Source: an uncultured Eubacteriales bacterium (GTDB taxonomy: Bacteria; Bacillota; Clostridia; TANB77; CAG-508). Taken from it: 64,000 nucleotides of DNA. This document shows, piece by piece, positions 1-9,063 of this stretch (position 1 is the first letter of the stretch; the number at the start of each line of letters is the position of its first letter). The notes under the pieces were generated by a model. The model did not search any database. It was not told the origin of the DNA and saw only the letters and a list, made by a program, of their open reading frames with translations. The stretch is from contig CASEEU010000083.1 of assembly GCA_949287075.1 (NCBI GenBank), forward strand, positions 3,039-67,038, written 5' to 3'. The position numbers and the translations under genes were made by a program.

Positions 1-231
1 GAAATAGGTGTATCATCGTATTATTTAGGACAATTAATAAAAGGTGAAAAAAGACCACCAAGTAGAAAAATACAAAATAAAATAGTTATAGCATTAAATT
101 TTGATGAGAGTAAAAAAAATGAATTCTACGATTTGATTGCTAAAGAAAAGAATGACATACCAAGTGACATATATGAAGAAATAAAGGATGCTGAAAATTG
201 GAATGATATAAGAAAGAAAATAAAGGAGTGA
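1..231 (+). CDS. XRE-family helix-turn-helix protein, C-terminal part (5' end lies outside the window)
   Basis: Frame 1 is open from base 1 to TGA at 229-231. The translation EIGVSSYYLGQLIKGEKRPPS... resembles the recognition helix and turn of HTH_3/XRE regulators. It sits directly upstream of hsdR. Confidence 0.5.
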   Translation, partial: EIGVSSYYLGQLIKGEKRPPSRKIQNKIVIALNFDESKKNEFYDLIAKEKNDIPSDIYEEIKDAENWNDIRKKIKE

Positions 232-235
232 AAAT

Positions 236-3200
236 ATGTTAGTATTTAATGAAGATACAAGGGTTAAAATTCCGGCAACTATTCAGTTTTTAAAAATTGG
301 ATACAATTATCAATCTTTAAAAGATGATAAATTGGATATAGATTTTAACACCAAAATATTTATAAATAGATTTAAACCTGCTATTGAAAAAATTAATAAT
401 AGGGAATTATCTTATGATGAAGTAAAAATTTTACTAGATGAAATAAATAATTTAATAAAAAATAATGATTTAGGAAAAGAATTTTATTTTAGATTAATAA
501 ATCCACAAGATAAATTAAAATTAATAGATTTTGAAAATATAAATAATAATGATTTTGCAGTAGTGGATGAGCTTCCATTTAGCATTACTCCTGATTCTGA
601 TGTCGGCTCATTTAGACCGGATATAAATATTTTGATTAATGGTATGCCACTTGCTTTTTTAGAAGTTAAAAAACCAAATAATGAAGGTGGAATTCAAAAA
701 GAATTTAAAAGAATGATAAACGACAGATTAAAAAATTTTGAGTTTAAAAAGTATTTTAATTTTATACAGATGGTATCTTTTTCAAATAATATGGAATATG
801 AAGAATCTGATGAAGCAGAAGATGTAAGAGCAGGTTCATTTTATACCACACCAAATGGAAATAATACAAGTTTTTCATTTTTTAGAGAAGATGATGAATT
901 ATATCATATCAATTATAAGTACAAAGAGATAAATGATGAAAAGATTAAAGATATTACAAAAGATTTAGGATACAATAAAAATGTTTGTGATACAGAAGAA
1001 TTTAAAACAAATTTAAATGTAATGACACCATGTAATAGGTTTGTTACTTCTGTTTATGATAAAGAAAGATTTTTATACTTTTTGTATTATGGAATATTAT
1101 TTGTAAATGAAAAAATACCTCAAAAACAAATAATGAGATATCCTCAGTTTTTTGCAACTAGAAAAATAATAGAAAGACTTGAAATTGGAGGTAAAGGTGG
1201 CATAATTTGGCATACACAAGGTAGTGGAAAAACTGCTTTAGCTGCTTATTCAAATAGAATTATAAAAGATTATTATGCTAAAAAGAATATAGTTGCAAGA
1301 TTTTTCTTTGTAGTAGATAGAATTGATTTGTTAAGACAAACAAGCACAGAATTCGAAAATAGAGGATTAAGTGTAATAAATTGCAATAGTAAATCAGAAT
1401 TCACTACAGAATTAAATAAATCATTATCTACACAAACTTTAAATGATTCTATTGGAGAATATTGTGTTGTTAATATTCAAAAATTTGAAGGCGAGATGCC
1501 TGAAGCAAAGAATGATTATAATGCGAATATTCAAAGAATTTTCTTTGTAGATGAAGCACACAGAAGCTATTCAACTAATGGAGAGTTTTTTAAAAACTTA
1601 ATGGTTTGTGACAACGAAGGTGTTTATATTGCTTTAACGGGTACACCATTATTATCTAAGAAAGAACGTTCAAACTTAAAATTTGGAGATTATATTCATA
1701 AATATTTTTATGATAAATCAATAGCAGATGGATATACATTAAGAATAAAGAAAGAAGATATAGATACTGTTGCAAAAAAAGAAATAAAACAAAATCTTGA
1801 TATAGAAGATAATCAATTAGATAATAAAGATGTATATGAATCTGATGCCTATGTATCAGCTCTTGGAAAATTTATTGAAAGAGATTTTAAGAATTTTAGA
1901 TTTCAAAATACAGATAATTCTATTGGAGGAATGATAGTATGTAGAACAAATGCACAAGCTAGAAAAGTTCATAAATGGTTCGAAGAAAACGCTGAATTAA
2001 AAACAGGTTTAGTAATAACTGATACAACAGATCCAGTTCAAAACAAGATTAATAAAGAAAATCAATTAAATTTCAGAAATGATGACTTTCCAGATTTGCT
2101 AGTTGTAAATATGATGCTTACAACAGGATATGATGTAAAAAGATTAAAGAAAATGTATTTATTAAGAGGTCCTCATGCACAAAGTTTATTACAAACTATT
2201 TCAAGAGTGAATAGACCTTATAAATCTCCAAATGGAAGAATTTATAGATATGGCTATATTGTTGACTTTGTTGATATTGAAGAAGAATATAATAATACAA
2301 TTGAAGCATATATTAGAGAACTTGAACAAGACATGAATGACAATGGAGAAAATGAAGGCTCTCTTTCTGGATTAGTTGTTGGTATTGATGACATTAATAA
2401 AAAATATCAAAAATATTTAACTGAATTGAAAGATATGATTGATATTGATAATTTAGAAAAATTCTCAAAACAACTCACTTTGATGAACAGAGATGCTTTA
2501 TTAAAAATTAGAAGATTATTAAATGGAATTAGAGATTGCGAGACAGAATTTATTATTTCCCGAGTAAAAGAACAATATATTACTGTAGAAGAATCAGAAC
2601 ATTATAAAAAACTAAGAAGATCAGTACAAGAACGAATTGATTTTACAAACTTAACTAGTGATACAGTTGGAATGATGGATGTTATATCAAATGAGGAAGT
2701 AGTAGAAATTTTGTATGACTTTATTAAAACTAAAATTACAATATTGGATTTATCAAAATTAGATATTGATACAGATCCAAGAGTTAGAAGATTTGTTGAT
2801 ACTGCAACAGAAGTCCAAAATGTAATTAAGCATAATAAAAATAAAGATGATATACAAGTAAGAAAACTTAACGAATTATTAGAGGAAGTATTTAATAAAC
2901 TAAATATTTCAGATTTAGATAATATGGATGAGCTTACTGAAGAACTAAAAGAAGCACTAAAAAAGGCAAAAGAGATAAATGAAAAGAATGATGAATTATC
3001 AAATATTTATGGTGGTAATTTTGCTTTTGTTAAAACATATCAAGATATGATTGAAGATTCAGAAATTGATAAGTCAGATATTCAAAGAACATTGAGATTA
3101 ATTTTTGAAGAAATATCTGTATTTTATAATAGAGACATCTTCTTAGTGCAAGGTAAAAAGAATTTTGTTGATTCAGTAAAGCAAAAATTAACAATAAAAT

Positions 3201-3289
3201 TATTTCAAGAAGGCCTTTATGAAAAAGTAAGTAGCATTTATGATAATATGTTAAATGATTTATACAAAAATATTCAATTATATAAATAA
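236..3289 (+). CDS. hsdR: Type I restriction enzyme, R (endonuclease/translocase) subunit
   Basis: 1017 aa ORF with RBS AAGGAG upstream. Helicase motif I is HTQGSGKT and motif II is VDEAHRS (DEAH box). Size and position next to hsdM/hsdS are typical of HsdR. Confidence 0.9.
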   Translation: MLVFNEDTRVKIPATIQFLKIGYNYQSLKDDKLDIDFNTKIFINRFKPAIEKINNRELSYDEVKILLDEINNLIKNNDLGKEFYFRLINPQDKLKLIDFENINNNDFAVVDELPFSITPDSDVGSFRPDINILINGMPLAFLEVKKPNNEGGIQKEFKRMINDRLKNFEFKKYFNFIQMVSFSNNMEYEESDEAEDVRAGSFYTTPNGNNTSFSFFREDDELYHINYKYKEINDEKIKDITKDLGYNKNVCDTEEFKTNLNVMTPCNRFVTSVYDKERFLYFLYYGILFVNEKIPQKQIMRYPQFFATRKIIERLEIGGKGGIIWHTQGSGKTALAAYSNRIIKDYYAKKNIVARFFFVVDRIDLLRQTSTEFENRGLSVINCNSKSEFTTELNKSLSTQTLNDSIGEYCVVNIQKFEGEMPEAKNDYNANIQRIFFVDEAHRSYSTNGEFFKNLMVCDNEGVYIALTGTPLLSKKERSNLKFGDYIHKYFYDKSIADGYTLRIKKEDIDTVAKKEIKQNLDIEDNQLDNKDVYESDAYVSALGKFIERDFKNFRFQNTDNSIGGMIVCRTNAQARKVHKWFEENAELKTGLVITDTTDPVQNKINKENQLNFRNDDFPDLLVVNMMLTTGYDVKRLKKMYLLRGPHAQSLLQTISRVNRPYKSPNGRIYRYGYIVDFVDIEEEYNNTIEAYIRELEQDMNDNGENEGSLSGLVVGIDDINKKYQKYLTELKDMIDIDNLEKFSKQLTLMNRDALLKIRRLLNGIRDCETEFIISRVKEQYITVEESEHYKKLRRSVQERIDFTNLTSDTVGMMDVISNEEVVEILYDFIKTKITILDLSKLDIDTDPRVRRFVDTATEVQNVIKHNKNKDDIQVRKLNELLEEVFNKLNISDLDNMDELTEELKEALKKAKEINEKNDELSNIYGGNFAFVKTYQDMIEDSEIDKSDIQRTLRLIFEEISVFYNRDIFLVQGKKNFVDSVKQKLTIKLFQEGLYEKVSSIYDNMLNDLYKNIQLYK

Positions 3290-3295
3290 GGAGTA

Positions 3296-4963
3296 ATGGA
3301 AGTGGAAGAAAGAGTAATACAATTGGAAAACAAAATTAAAGAAATGATTGATGAACTTAAAGGGTTATGTAATACAAATGGTTTATCTAATCAAGCTAGT
3401 GAAGAAGTAGTTATAACATCAACATTCTTGTACAAGTTCTTAAATGATAAATTTATGGCAAACTTAAATGATTTTTCAGTTAAGACAGGAATGTTGATAG
3501 AAGATATACTAAAGAATGAACATAAAGAAATGGAAGTATTTTATAATTCTTATCCTCAAGATGTAGCTTTTATGTATGAAGATACAATTGAATGTTTAAT
3601 TAATAAAAGTACAGATGATAAATTTTATAAATTATTTGATGATGCATTGGAAAGAATTTCTAATTATCCTCAAAATGAAGAATTTAGTATTGATACCTCA
3701 GATGGTGGAAGAAAGCCATTATTTACAAGAATAACAGAAAATGTTGAAGCTTCAAAAAGAAATAATTTTGCAAAAAACATATTTGGAATTATAAGTCAAG
3801 ATAAATTTTCATTTGAACAAGCTTTTAAAGGAAATTTCGATTTTTATAGTGCAATATTTGAATATTTAATAAAAGACTATAATGTTGCAAGTGGAGTTTA
3901 TGCAGAGTATTTCACACCACAGGTTATTTCAAGCACAATTGCTAAAATATTAGTTAATATGTCTCCAGTTGAAGACAAAATATATGAAGTATATGATCCA
4001 GCAGCAGGATCTGGCTCATTGGTATTACATTTAGCAAATGAATTAGGAAAAGGACAATTTGGAGATAAAGCACAAGTATATACACAAGATATTTCTAATA
4101 AATCATCAAGATTCTTAAGAACTAATATGATTTTAAATGGATTAACAAATAGTTTAGACAATATTATAGAGGGAGATACGTTACTAAATCCATCACATTT
4201 TAATGTACCACATGATCCAGACAGTGGAATAAAGAAATTTGATTATGTAACTGCAAATCCACCTTTCAAAACAGACTTTTCTTCTACAAGAGATAAAATT
4301 GAAAGAAATTGGGAAGATACTGATAGATTTTTTGCAGGTATTCCAAAAATACCAGCTAAGGATAAAAAGAAAATGGCTATATATCTATGTTTTATTCAAC
4401 ATATTCTGTATAGTTTAAAGGATGAGGGGAAAGCAGCAATAGTGGTTCCAACAGGTTTTTTAACTGCACAAAGTAGTATAGAAAAATCGATAAGATCTAA
4501 ATTAATTGATAATCATTGGCTAAAAGGTGTTATTTCGATGCCTAGTAATATATTTGCCAATACAGGTACTAATGTTTCTGTTTTGTTTATTGATAAAGTA
4601 AATAAAGAAGATAAAGTAATTCTAATAGATGCTTCAAATTTAGGTAGTAAAGTAAAGGAAGGTAAAAATCAAAAGACAGTATTATCGACTTATGAAGTTA
4701 AAAAAATAGAAGATACATTTATAAATAAAGAGCAAGTTGATGATTTTAGTGTCTTAGTTACATTTGATGAAGTAAAAGAAAAAAATTATTCTTTTAGTGC
4801 AGGTCAGTATTTTAAAATTAAAATTGAATATGTTGAAATGACACAAGAAGAATTTGGCAAAAAAATTAATATGTATAAAAATGAATTAAACAAATTGTTT
4901 GAAGAAAATTCAATATTACAAAAACAAATTAAAGAGAATTTAGAAAAAATAAAATATGAATAG
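3296..4963 (+). CDS. hsdM: Type I restriction-modification system, N6-adenine DNA methyltransferase subunit
   Basis: 555 aa. SAM-binding motif I is DPAAGSGS and catalytic motif IV is NPPF (TANPPFK). It starts 7 nt after the hsdR stop with a GGAG RBS. Confidence 0.9.
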   Translation: MEVEERVIQLENKIKEMIDELKGLCNTNGLSNQASEEVVITSTFLYKFLNDKFMANLNDFSVKTGMLIEDILKNEHKEMEVFYNSYPQDVAFMYEDTIECLINKSTDDKFYKLFDDALERISNYPQNEEFSIDTSDGGRKPLFTRITENVEASKRNNFAKNIFGIISQDKFSFEQAFKGNFDFYSAIFEYLIKDYNVASGVYAEYFTPQVISSTIAKILVNMSPVEDKIYEVYDPAAGSGSLVLHLANELGKGQFGDKAQVYTQDISNKSSRFLRTNMILNGLTNSLDNIIEGDTLLNPSHFNVPHDPDSGIKKFDYVTANPPFKTDFSSTRDKIERNWEDTDRFFAGIPKIPAKDKKKMAIYLCFIQHILYSLKDEGKAAIVVPTGFLTAQSSIEKSIRSKLIDNHWLKGVISMPSNIFANTGTNVSVLFIDKVNKEDKVILIDASNLGSKVKEGKNQKTVLSTYEVKKIEDTFINKEQVDDFSVLVTFDEVKEKNYSFSAGQYFKIKIEYVEMTQEEFGKKINMYKNELNKLFEENSILQKQIKENLEKIKYE

Positions 4964-4974
4964 GAGGAAAACTG

Positions 4975-6120
4975 ATGAAAGAAAATCTTTTTATGAAAGA
5001 ATGTAAGATTTTAAAATTAAAAGATTGTATTAGCCAACTTAATACTGGTTTAAATCCTAGACAAAATTTCTCTTTAGGAAATGGTTCACTGAGGTATATT
5101 ACAGCAAAAAATTTAAACAAATTTGGAACTATAGATTTTACCAAATGCGATTTTATAGACGAAAAAGCTAAAGATATTATCCATAAAAGGTCAGATATTC
5201 AAATAGGAGATATATTATTTTCTAGTAGAGCACCTGTTGGACATTGTCATTTGATACAGAATGAGCCAGATTATTATGATATAGGAGAATCAATTTTTTC
5301 AATAAGGGTAAATCCTAATATTGTATTACCTGAATATATGTGTTTATATCTTTCAAGTGACTATTTTGTCAAATCTGCTTCAAATTATACGACTGGTAGT
5401 GTTATACAAGAAATACGAATTGCTAATTTAATGAATATGGATATAATTATACCTACAAAAGATGTACAAAAGAAGATATCTAATATTATAATAGCTATAA
5501 GTAAAAAAATTGAAAATAATTATAAAATAAATAATAATTTAGAAGAATTGGCTTATACAATTTTTTTACATGATTTTGCTAATAAAACTGCAAATGGAAC
5601 AATTGGAGATATTATAAAAGAAAATGAAAAATCAAAAATAAAAGTAGGAGATGCTAAAGATATCAAAGGAGAATATCCTTTCTTTACAAGTGGCGAGTCA
5701 ATATTAGAATGGAATGATTATTTAACAGATGGAAGAAATTTATTTTTAAACACAGGTGGAAATGCAGATGTTAAGTTCTATGTTGGTAAAGCTACATATT
5801 CAACAGATACATGGTGTATTACATTTAAAAATGAAATGTCAGATTATCTATATTTATATTTAAAAGCAATTAAAAATGAACTAGATAGGAAGTTTTTTCA
5901 TGGATCCGGATTGAAACATTTGCAGAAACCTTTATTTAAGCAAGAAAAAATTTATATACCTAAACAGGAAGAATTAAGAAGGTTTAATATTCAAGTAAAA
6001 ACTATGTTTGATACTATATCATCAAATAAAAGAGAAAATCAAAGATTAAATTCACTAAAAGAGTACTTATTACCACTTTTAATGAATGGACAAATTAATG
6101 TAGATGATATAGAAATTTAG
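4975..6120 (+). CDS. hsdS: Type I restriction-modification system, specificity subunit
   Basis: 381 aa with two target-recognition-like halves separated by a conserved helical spacer (IIIPTKDVQKKISNII...NNLEELAYTIF). A second helical region lies at the C-terminus. It immediately follows hsdM with an AGGAGG RBS. Confidence 0.85.
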   Translation: MKENLFMKECKILKLKDCISQLNTGLNPRQNFSLGNGSLRYITAKNLNKFGTIDFTKCDFIDEKAKDIIHKRSDIQIGDILFSSRAPVGHCHLIQNEPDYYDIGESIFSIRVNPNIVLPEYMCLYLSSDYFVKSASNYTTGSVIQEIRIANLMNMDIIIPTKDVQKKISNIIIAISKKIENNYKINNNLEELAYTIFLHDFANKTANGTIGDIIKENEKSKIKVGDAKDIKGEYPFFTSGESILEWNDYLTDGRNLFLNTGGNADVKFYVGKATYSTDTWCITFKNEMSDYLYLYLKAIKNELDRKFFHGSGLKHLQKPLFKQEKIYIPKQEELRRFNIQVKTMFDTISSNKRENQRLNSLKEYLLPLLMNGQINVDDIEI

Positions 6121-6184
6121 TCAGATAAATTGTGATTTTATAGAATAAAAAAAATATATATAGCTAAAGTGCAAATTTTACATA

Positions 6185-6240
6185 TTAAAGTGCAAAAATT
6201 GCACTTTAATATTGATATTACATCTGATAATTGATATAAT
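6185..6240 (+). promoter_or_regulatory. Candidate operator palindrome plus sigma-A type promoter of the fic gene
   Basis: Perfect palindrome TTAAAGTGCAAAAATTGCACTTTAA at 6185-6209. It is directly followed by TTGATA (6212-6217), a 17 nt spacer and TATAAT (6235-6240). Confidence 0.45.
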
Positions 6241-6262
6241 ATATATGTAGGAGGTATTTCTA

Positions 6263-7321
6263 ATGGATAAAAAAGAAGATTGGAATTTAGAATTATCAGA
6301 ATATATAAAACAAGGTGAACCAAATCAAGTTGAGAAAACTAAAACATGGGAAACAGCTATAGGTCTGCAAGATGTAGATGGATTGAAACCTTCAAAATAC
6401 TTAATAAAAACTGCTAAGGAACATATTGAAGGAACAATAGATATTGAGGAAGTAAAAGCAAGAATAGATGAATATTATGAAGTTCAAGATAGTAGAAAAA
6501 CCTTTGAAAAAGAGAATGAAGAAGCAGATAAAGTTGCAGTAAGAATAACAGAAATATTAAGCGAAAAAGCATTCATTTTTTCGCCAACAGAACTATTAAA
6601 TATTCATAAAAGATTATTTAAAGATATATTTGATGGGGCAGGAATATACAGGAATTATAATTTTACTAAAAAAGAATGGGTATTAAATGGAGATACAGTA
6701 ATATATGCATCATTTGATACTATAAAAGAAACATTAGAATATGATTTTGAACAAGAAAAAAATTTCTCATATAAAGATTTAAGCTTAGATGAATCTATTA
6801 AACATTTATGTAGATTTACATCAAATATATGGCAAGTACACCCTTTTTGTGAAGGAAACACAAGGACAACAGCAGTATTTATGATAAAATATTTAAGAAC
6901 TTTTGGATTTAATATTAATGATGAAGTATTTGCAGAAAATTCATGGTATTTTAGAAATTCATTAGTAAGAGCTAATTACAAAAATTTTGAAAAAAATGTA
7001 TTCGAGGATACTTCATTTTTAGAAAAATTCTTTTATAACTTGCTAACAAATGCTAATTATGAATTAAAAAATAGGTATACACATATAGATAATATTCAAA
7101 GTGCAAATGAAAATAATTTAAAGGGAAATAATTGCACTTTAGAAGAACAAGCAATAATAAATATATTAAAAATAAATCCAACAACAACTCAAGAAGAAAT
7201 ATCAAGACAGATTAATAAATCTGTAAGAACTGTAAAAAATTATATGGCGGAAATGCAAGAAAAGGGTATAATAGAAAGAAAAAATGGAAAGAAAAATGGT
7301 GAGTGGATAGTAAATGAGTAA
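6263..7321 (+). CDS. Fic/DOC-family protein with C-terminal winged-helix DNA-binding domain
   Basis: 352 aa. Fic active-site-like motif HPFCEGNTRTTA (canonical HxFx[D/E]GNGRxxR, here with G>T and final R>A). The C-terminal ~60 aa (EEQAIINILKINPTTTQEEISRQINKSVRTVKNYMAEMQEKGIIERK) look like a wHTH. Strong AGGAGG RBS. Confidence 0.8.
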   Translation: MDKKEDWNLELSEYIKQGEPNQVEKTKTWETAIGLQDVDGLKPSKYLIKTAKEHIEGTIDIEEVKARIDEYYEVQDSRKTFEKENEEADKVAVRITEILSEKAFIFSPTELLNIHKRLFKDIFDGAGIYRNYNFTKKEWVLNGDTVIYASFDTIKETLEYDFEQEKNFSYKDLSLDESIKHLCRFTSNIWQVHPFCEGNTRTTAVFMIKYLRTFGFNINDEVFAENSWYFRNSLVRANYKNFEKNVFEDTSFLEKFFYNLLTNANYELKNRYTHIDNIQSANENNLKGNNCTLEEQAIINILKINPTTTQEEISRQINKSVRTVKNYMAEMQEKGIIERKNGKKNGEWIVNE

Positions 7322-8300
7322 TAAAAAAGGTATAGCATTTTATTTGGATAGAAAATTTATAGTATGTGAAGAAGAAACTACAAAAGTGCATTCTATGTTA
7401 TTAGATTATAATATAGAAGAGTGCTTTAAAAATATAAAAAATATAGTATATTCATATGATAATAATGATATTATTATCAAAATATTTAGCGATAGTTTAA
7501 TATTTATTTCAGACAAGAGATATGAAAGCGAAGATTGGCAAAAATCAAAAAATAGACTAATAAAATTAGCTAATATTATTTTAGCAGTTATGTTTTCTAC
7601 ATCAAGTGAATATCTTAATATGAAAAAGGGAAGTACTACATTTTTTATACATGATAAAGAAATAACTGTAAAAAATATTATTCATTGTACTGCTAGTAAT
7701 GAATATAATGAGATTGAATTTGTAGGTTGCTATGGAACAATAAAAATAGACGATTTGAAACAAAGGGACGATATAAATGCTTTTGAAAGAAATAATAATA
7801 CAAGTTTCGTATATGATGTAAAGACTATAAATGAGTTTTTTCAACTATTTGAAAAAAACTTAAATTTAATTATTGATAAAAAAATAGAAAATATAGTATA
7901 TATGCTTTATAGAAGTATTTTAGAAACTAAAAAGAGTAATTTTGACATTTCAATATTATTATCTTTTTTCGTTATTGAGAATGTATTAAGCGATATGTGG
8001 GACAATGCTTTGATTGAAAGAGATTTATATAAAAAACTAAAAGACGATATGAATTATACTATTGCTATAAAATCAAATATGTTATATATGAATGGAGTTA
8101 TTTCAAAAGAAGAATTAGATAAAATTGATTTTGCAAGGAAAAAAAGAAATAGTATTGCTCATGCAAATTTTGAATTTCAAGACAAATTTGACTTTTCAAC
8201 AATGTTTAGTATTTCTTCTGAAATATTTTTATTAGCAATAGATTTATTTGCAAAATACTATAATATTAATTTTAAAATGCAATATGGATTCGAAGGATAA
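7314..8300 (+). CDS. Hypothetical protein with C-terminal HEPN-like (Rx4H) putative RNase domain
   Basis: 328 aa. Its start overlaps the fic stop by 8 nt (ATGA-type coupling). The C-terminal helical region carries ARKKRNSIAHANF, i.e. the R-N-x-x-A-H form of the HEPN Rx4-6H motif. The N-terminal ~190 aa are unrecognised. Confidence 0.6.
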   Translation: MSNKKGIAFYLDRKFIVCEEETTKVHSMLLDYNIEECFKNIKNIVYSYDNNDIIIKIFSDSLIFISDKRYESEDWQKSKNRLIKLANIILAVMFSTSSEYLNMKKGSTTFFIHDKEITVKNIIHCTASNEYNEIEFVGCYGTIKIDDLKQRDDINAFERNNNTSFVYDVKTINEFFQLFEKNLNLIIDKKIENIVYMLYRSILETKKSNFDISILLSFFVIENVLSDMWDNALIERDLYKKLKDDMNYTIAIKSNMLYMNGVISKEELDKIDFARKKRNSIAHANFEFQDKFDFSTMFSISSEIFLLAIDLFAKYYNINFKMQYGFEG

Positions 8301-8313
8301 AAAATGAATAAAT

Positions 8314-8340
8314 GAAGGCGAGAATTAATCCCGCCTTTTA
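8314..8340. terminator. Hairpin between convergent genes (possible bidirectional terminator)
   Basis: GAAGGCG...CGCCTTTT stem-loop between the stop of the 7314..8300 gene and the stop of the 8341..8634 gene. Confidence 0.4.
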
Positions 8341-8634
8341 CTATTCCTCAAAACATCCCATAACTAATTGTGAACCATCAACAAATCCATTTCTATAATA
8401 CTTTTCATTCCAATAGCATATATAGTCCATAAAATTTTTATCGAGCCTATCTAATTGTTTCTTAACATATTTTTTATTTTGTTTTGGAACATTTTTTAAA
8501 ACATTTTCAACTATTTCGTCAAAATTTATATTATGTTTTTTATCTTCATTAGTTAAATATCCTAATTCAGTTTCCTCTCTATAACTTAACCATTCTCTTA
8601 AAATATCATCATTTACTTCTCTAAAATTATTCAT
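8341..8634 (-). CDS. Hypothetical small protein
   Basis: 97 aa ORF with no recognisable motif. It is convergent with the R-M/Fic/HEPN block. Confidence 0.55.
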   Translation of the reverse strand: MNNFREVNDDILREWLSYREETELGYLTNEDKKHNINFDEIVENVLKNVPKQNKKYVKKQLDRLDKNFMDYICYWNEKYYRNGFVDGSQLVMGCFEE

Positions 8635-8864
8635 AACAATCCTCCAATTTTATAAAATTAATATACATATCAAAACGATATATTGAGTGAACTTTTAGTC
8701 AACGTGATATCAAAATTTAAAATTTTGGGGACACAATGGGGACAAAAGTACCCAAAATTGACTTAAAATCACTTAAAAATACATAACTTATAAATCAATA
8801 AAACCATTGAAATATAAGCAAAAACTATCAATTTCAATAAAATTCAAAAATTGCTAATAATACC

Positions 8865-8898
8865 CTCATAACCCGAAGGTCGTAAGTTCGAGTTTTAC
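8865..8898 (+). other. tRNA-Met(CAT)-like 3' fragment (anticodon loop to T-arm), possible attachment-site remnant
   Basis: CTCATAACCCGAAGGTCGTAAGTTCGAGTTTTAC resembles the anticodon loop, variable region and T-arm of bacterial tRNA-fMet. No acceptor stem or D-arm lies upstream, so it is not a complete tRNA. Confidence 0.4.
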
Positions 8899-9063
8899 TT
8901 ATGTAATCAAATAAACAGAAGGTTTTAGAATATGTATGAAATCTTATATTTGTGCTTTGACCGTAATCAGAATCAAATAGAATAAAATATAAATTTAACA
9001 AATCCCATTGACAACCTTATAGATAAATGTTATCTTATAAATAAAAAAGAGGAGATGATTTAT

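Noticed and set aside
3898-4161. Antisense 87 aa ORF inside hsdM. The same applies to many similar tracked ORFs antisense or out of frame within larger genes, e.g. 4929..5144, 6655..6861, 7602..7844, 9763..9984, 11668..11853, 12401..12631, 14397..14621, 16615..16974, 26805..27249, 37405..37713, 48434..48640, 51729..52229 and 60285..61265.
   Set aside because: They lie entirely within longer ORFs that have clear family motifs. They have no RBS and give low-complexity Leu/Ile/Phe/Ser-rich translations, which are typical of shadow frames in AT-rich DNA.
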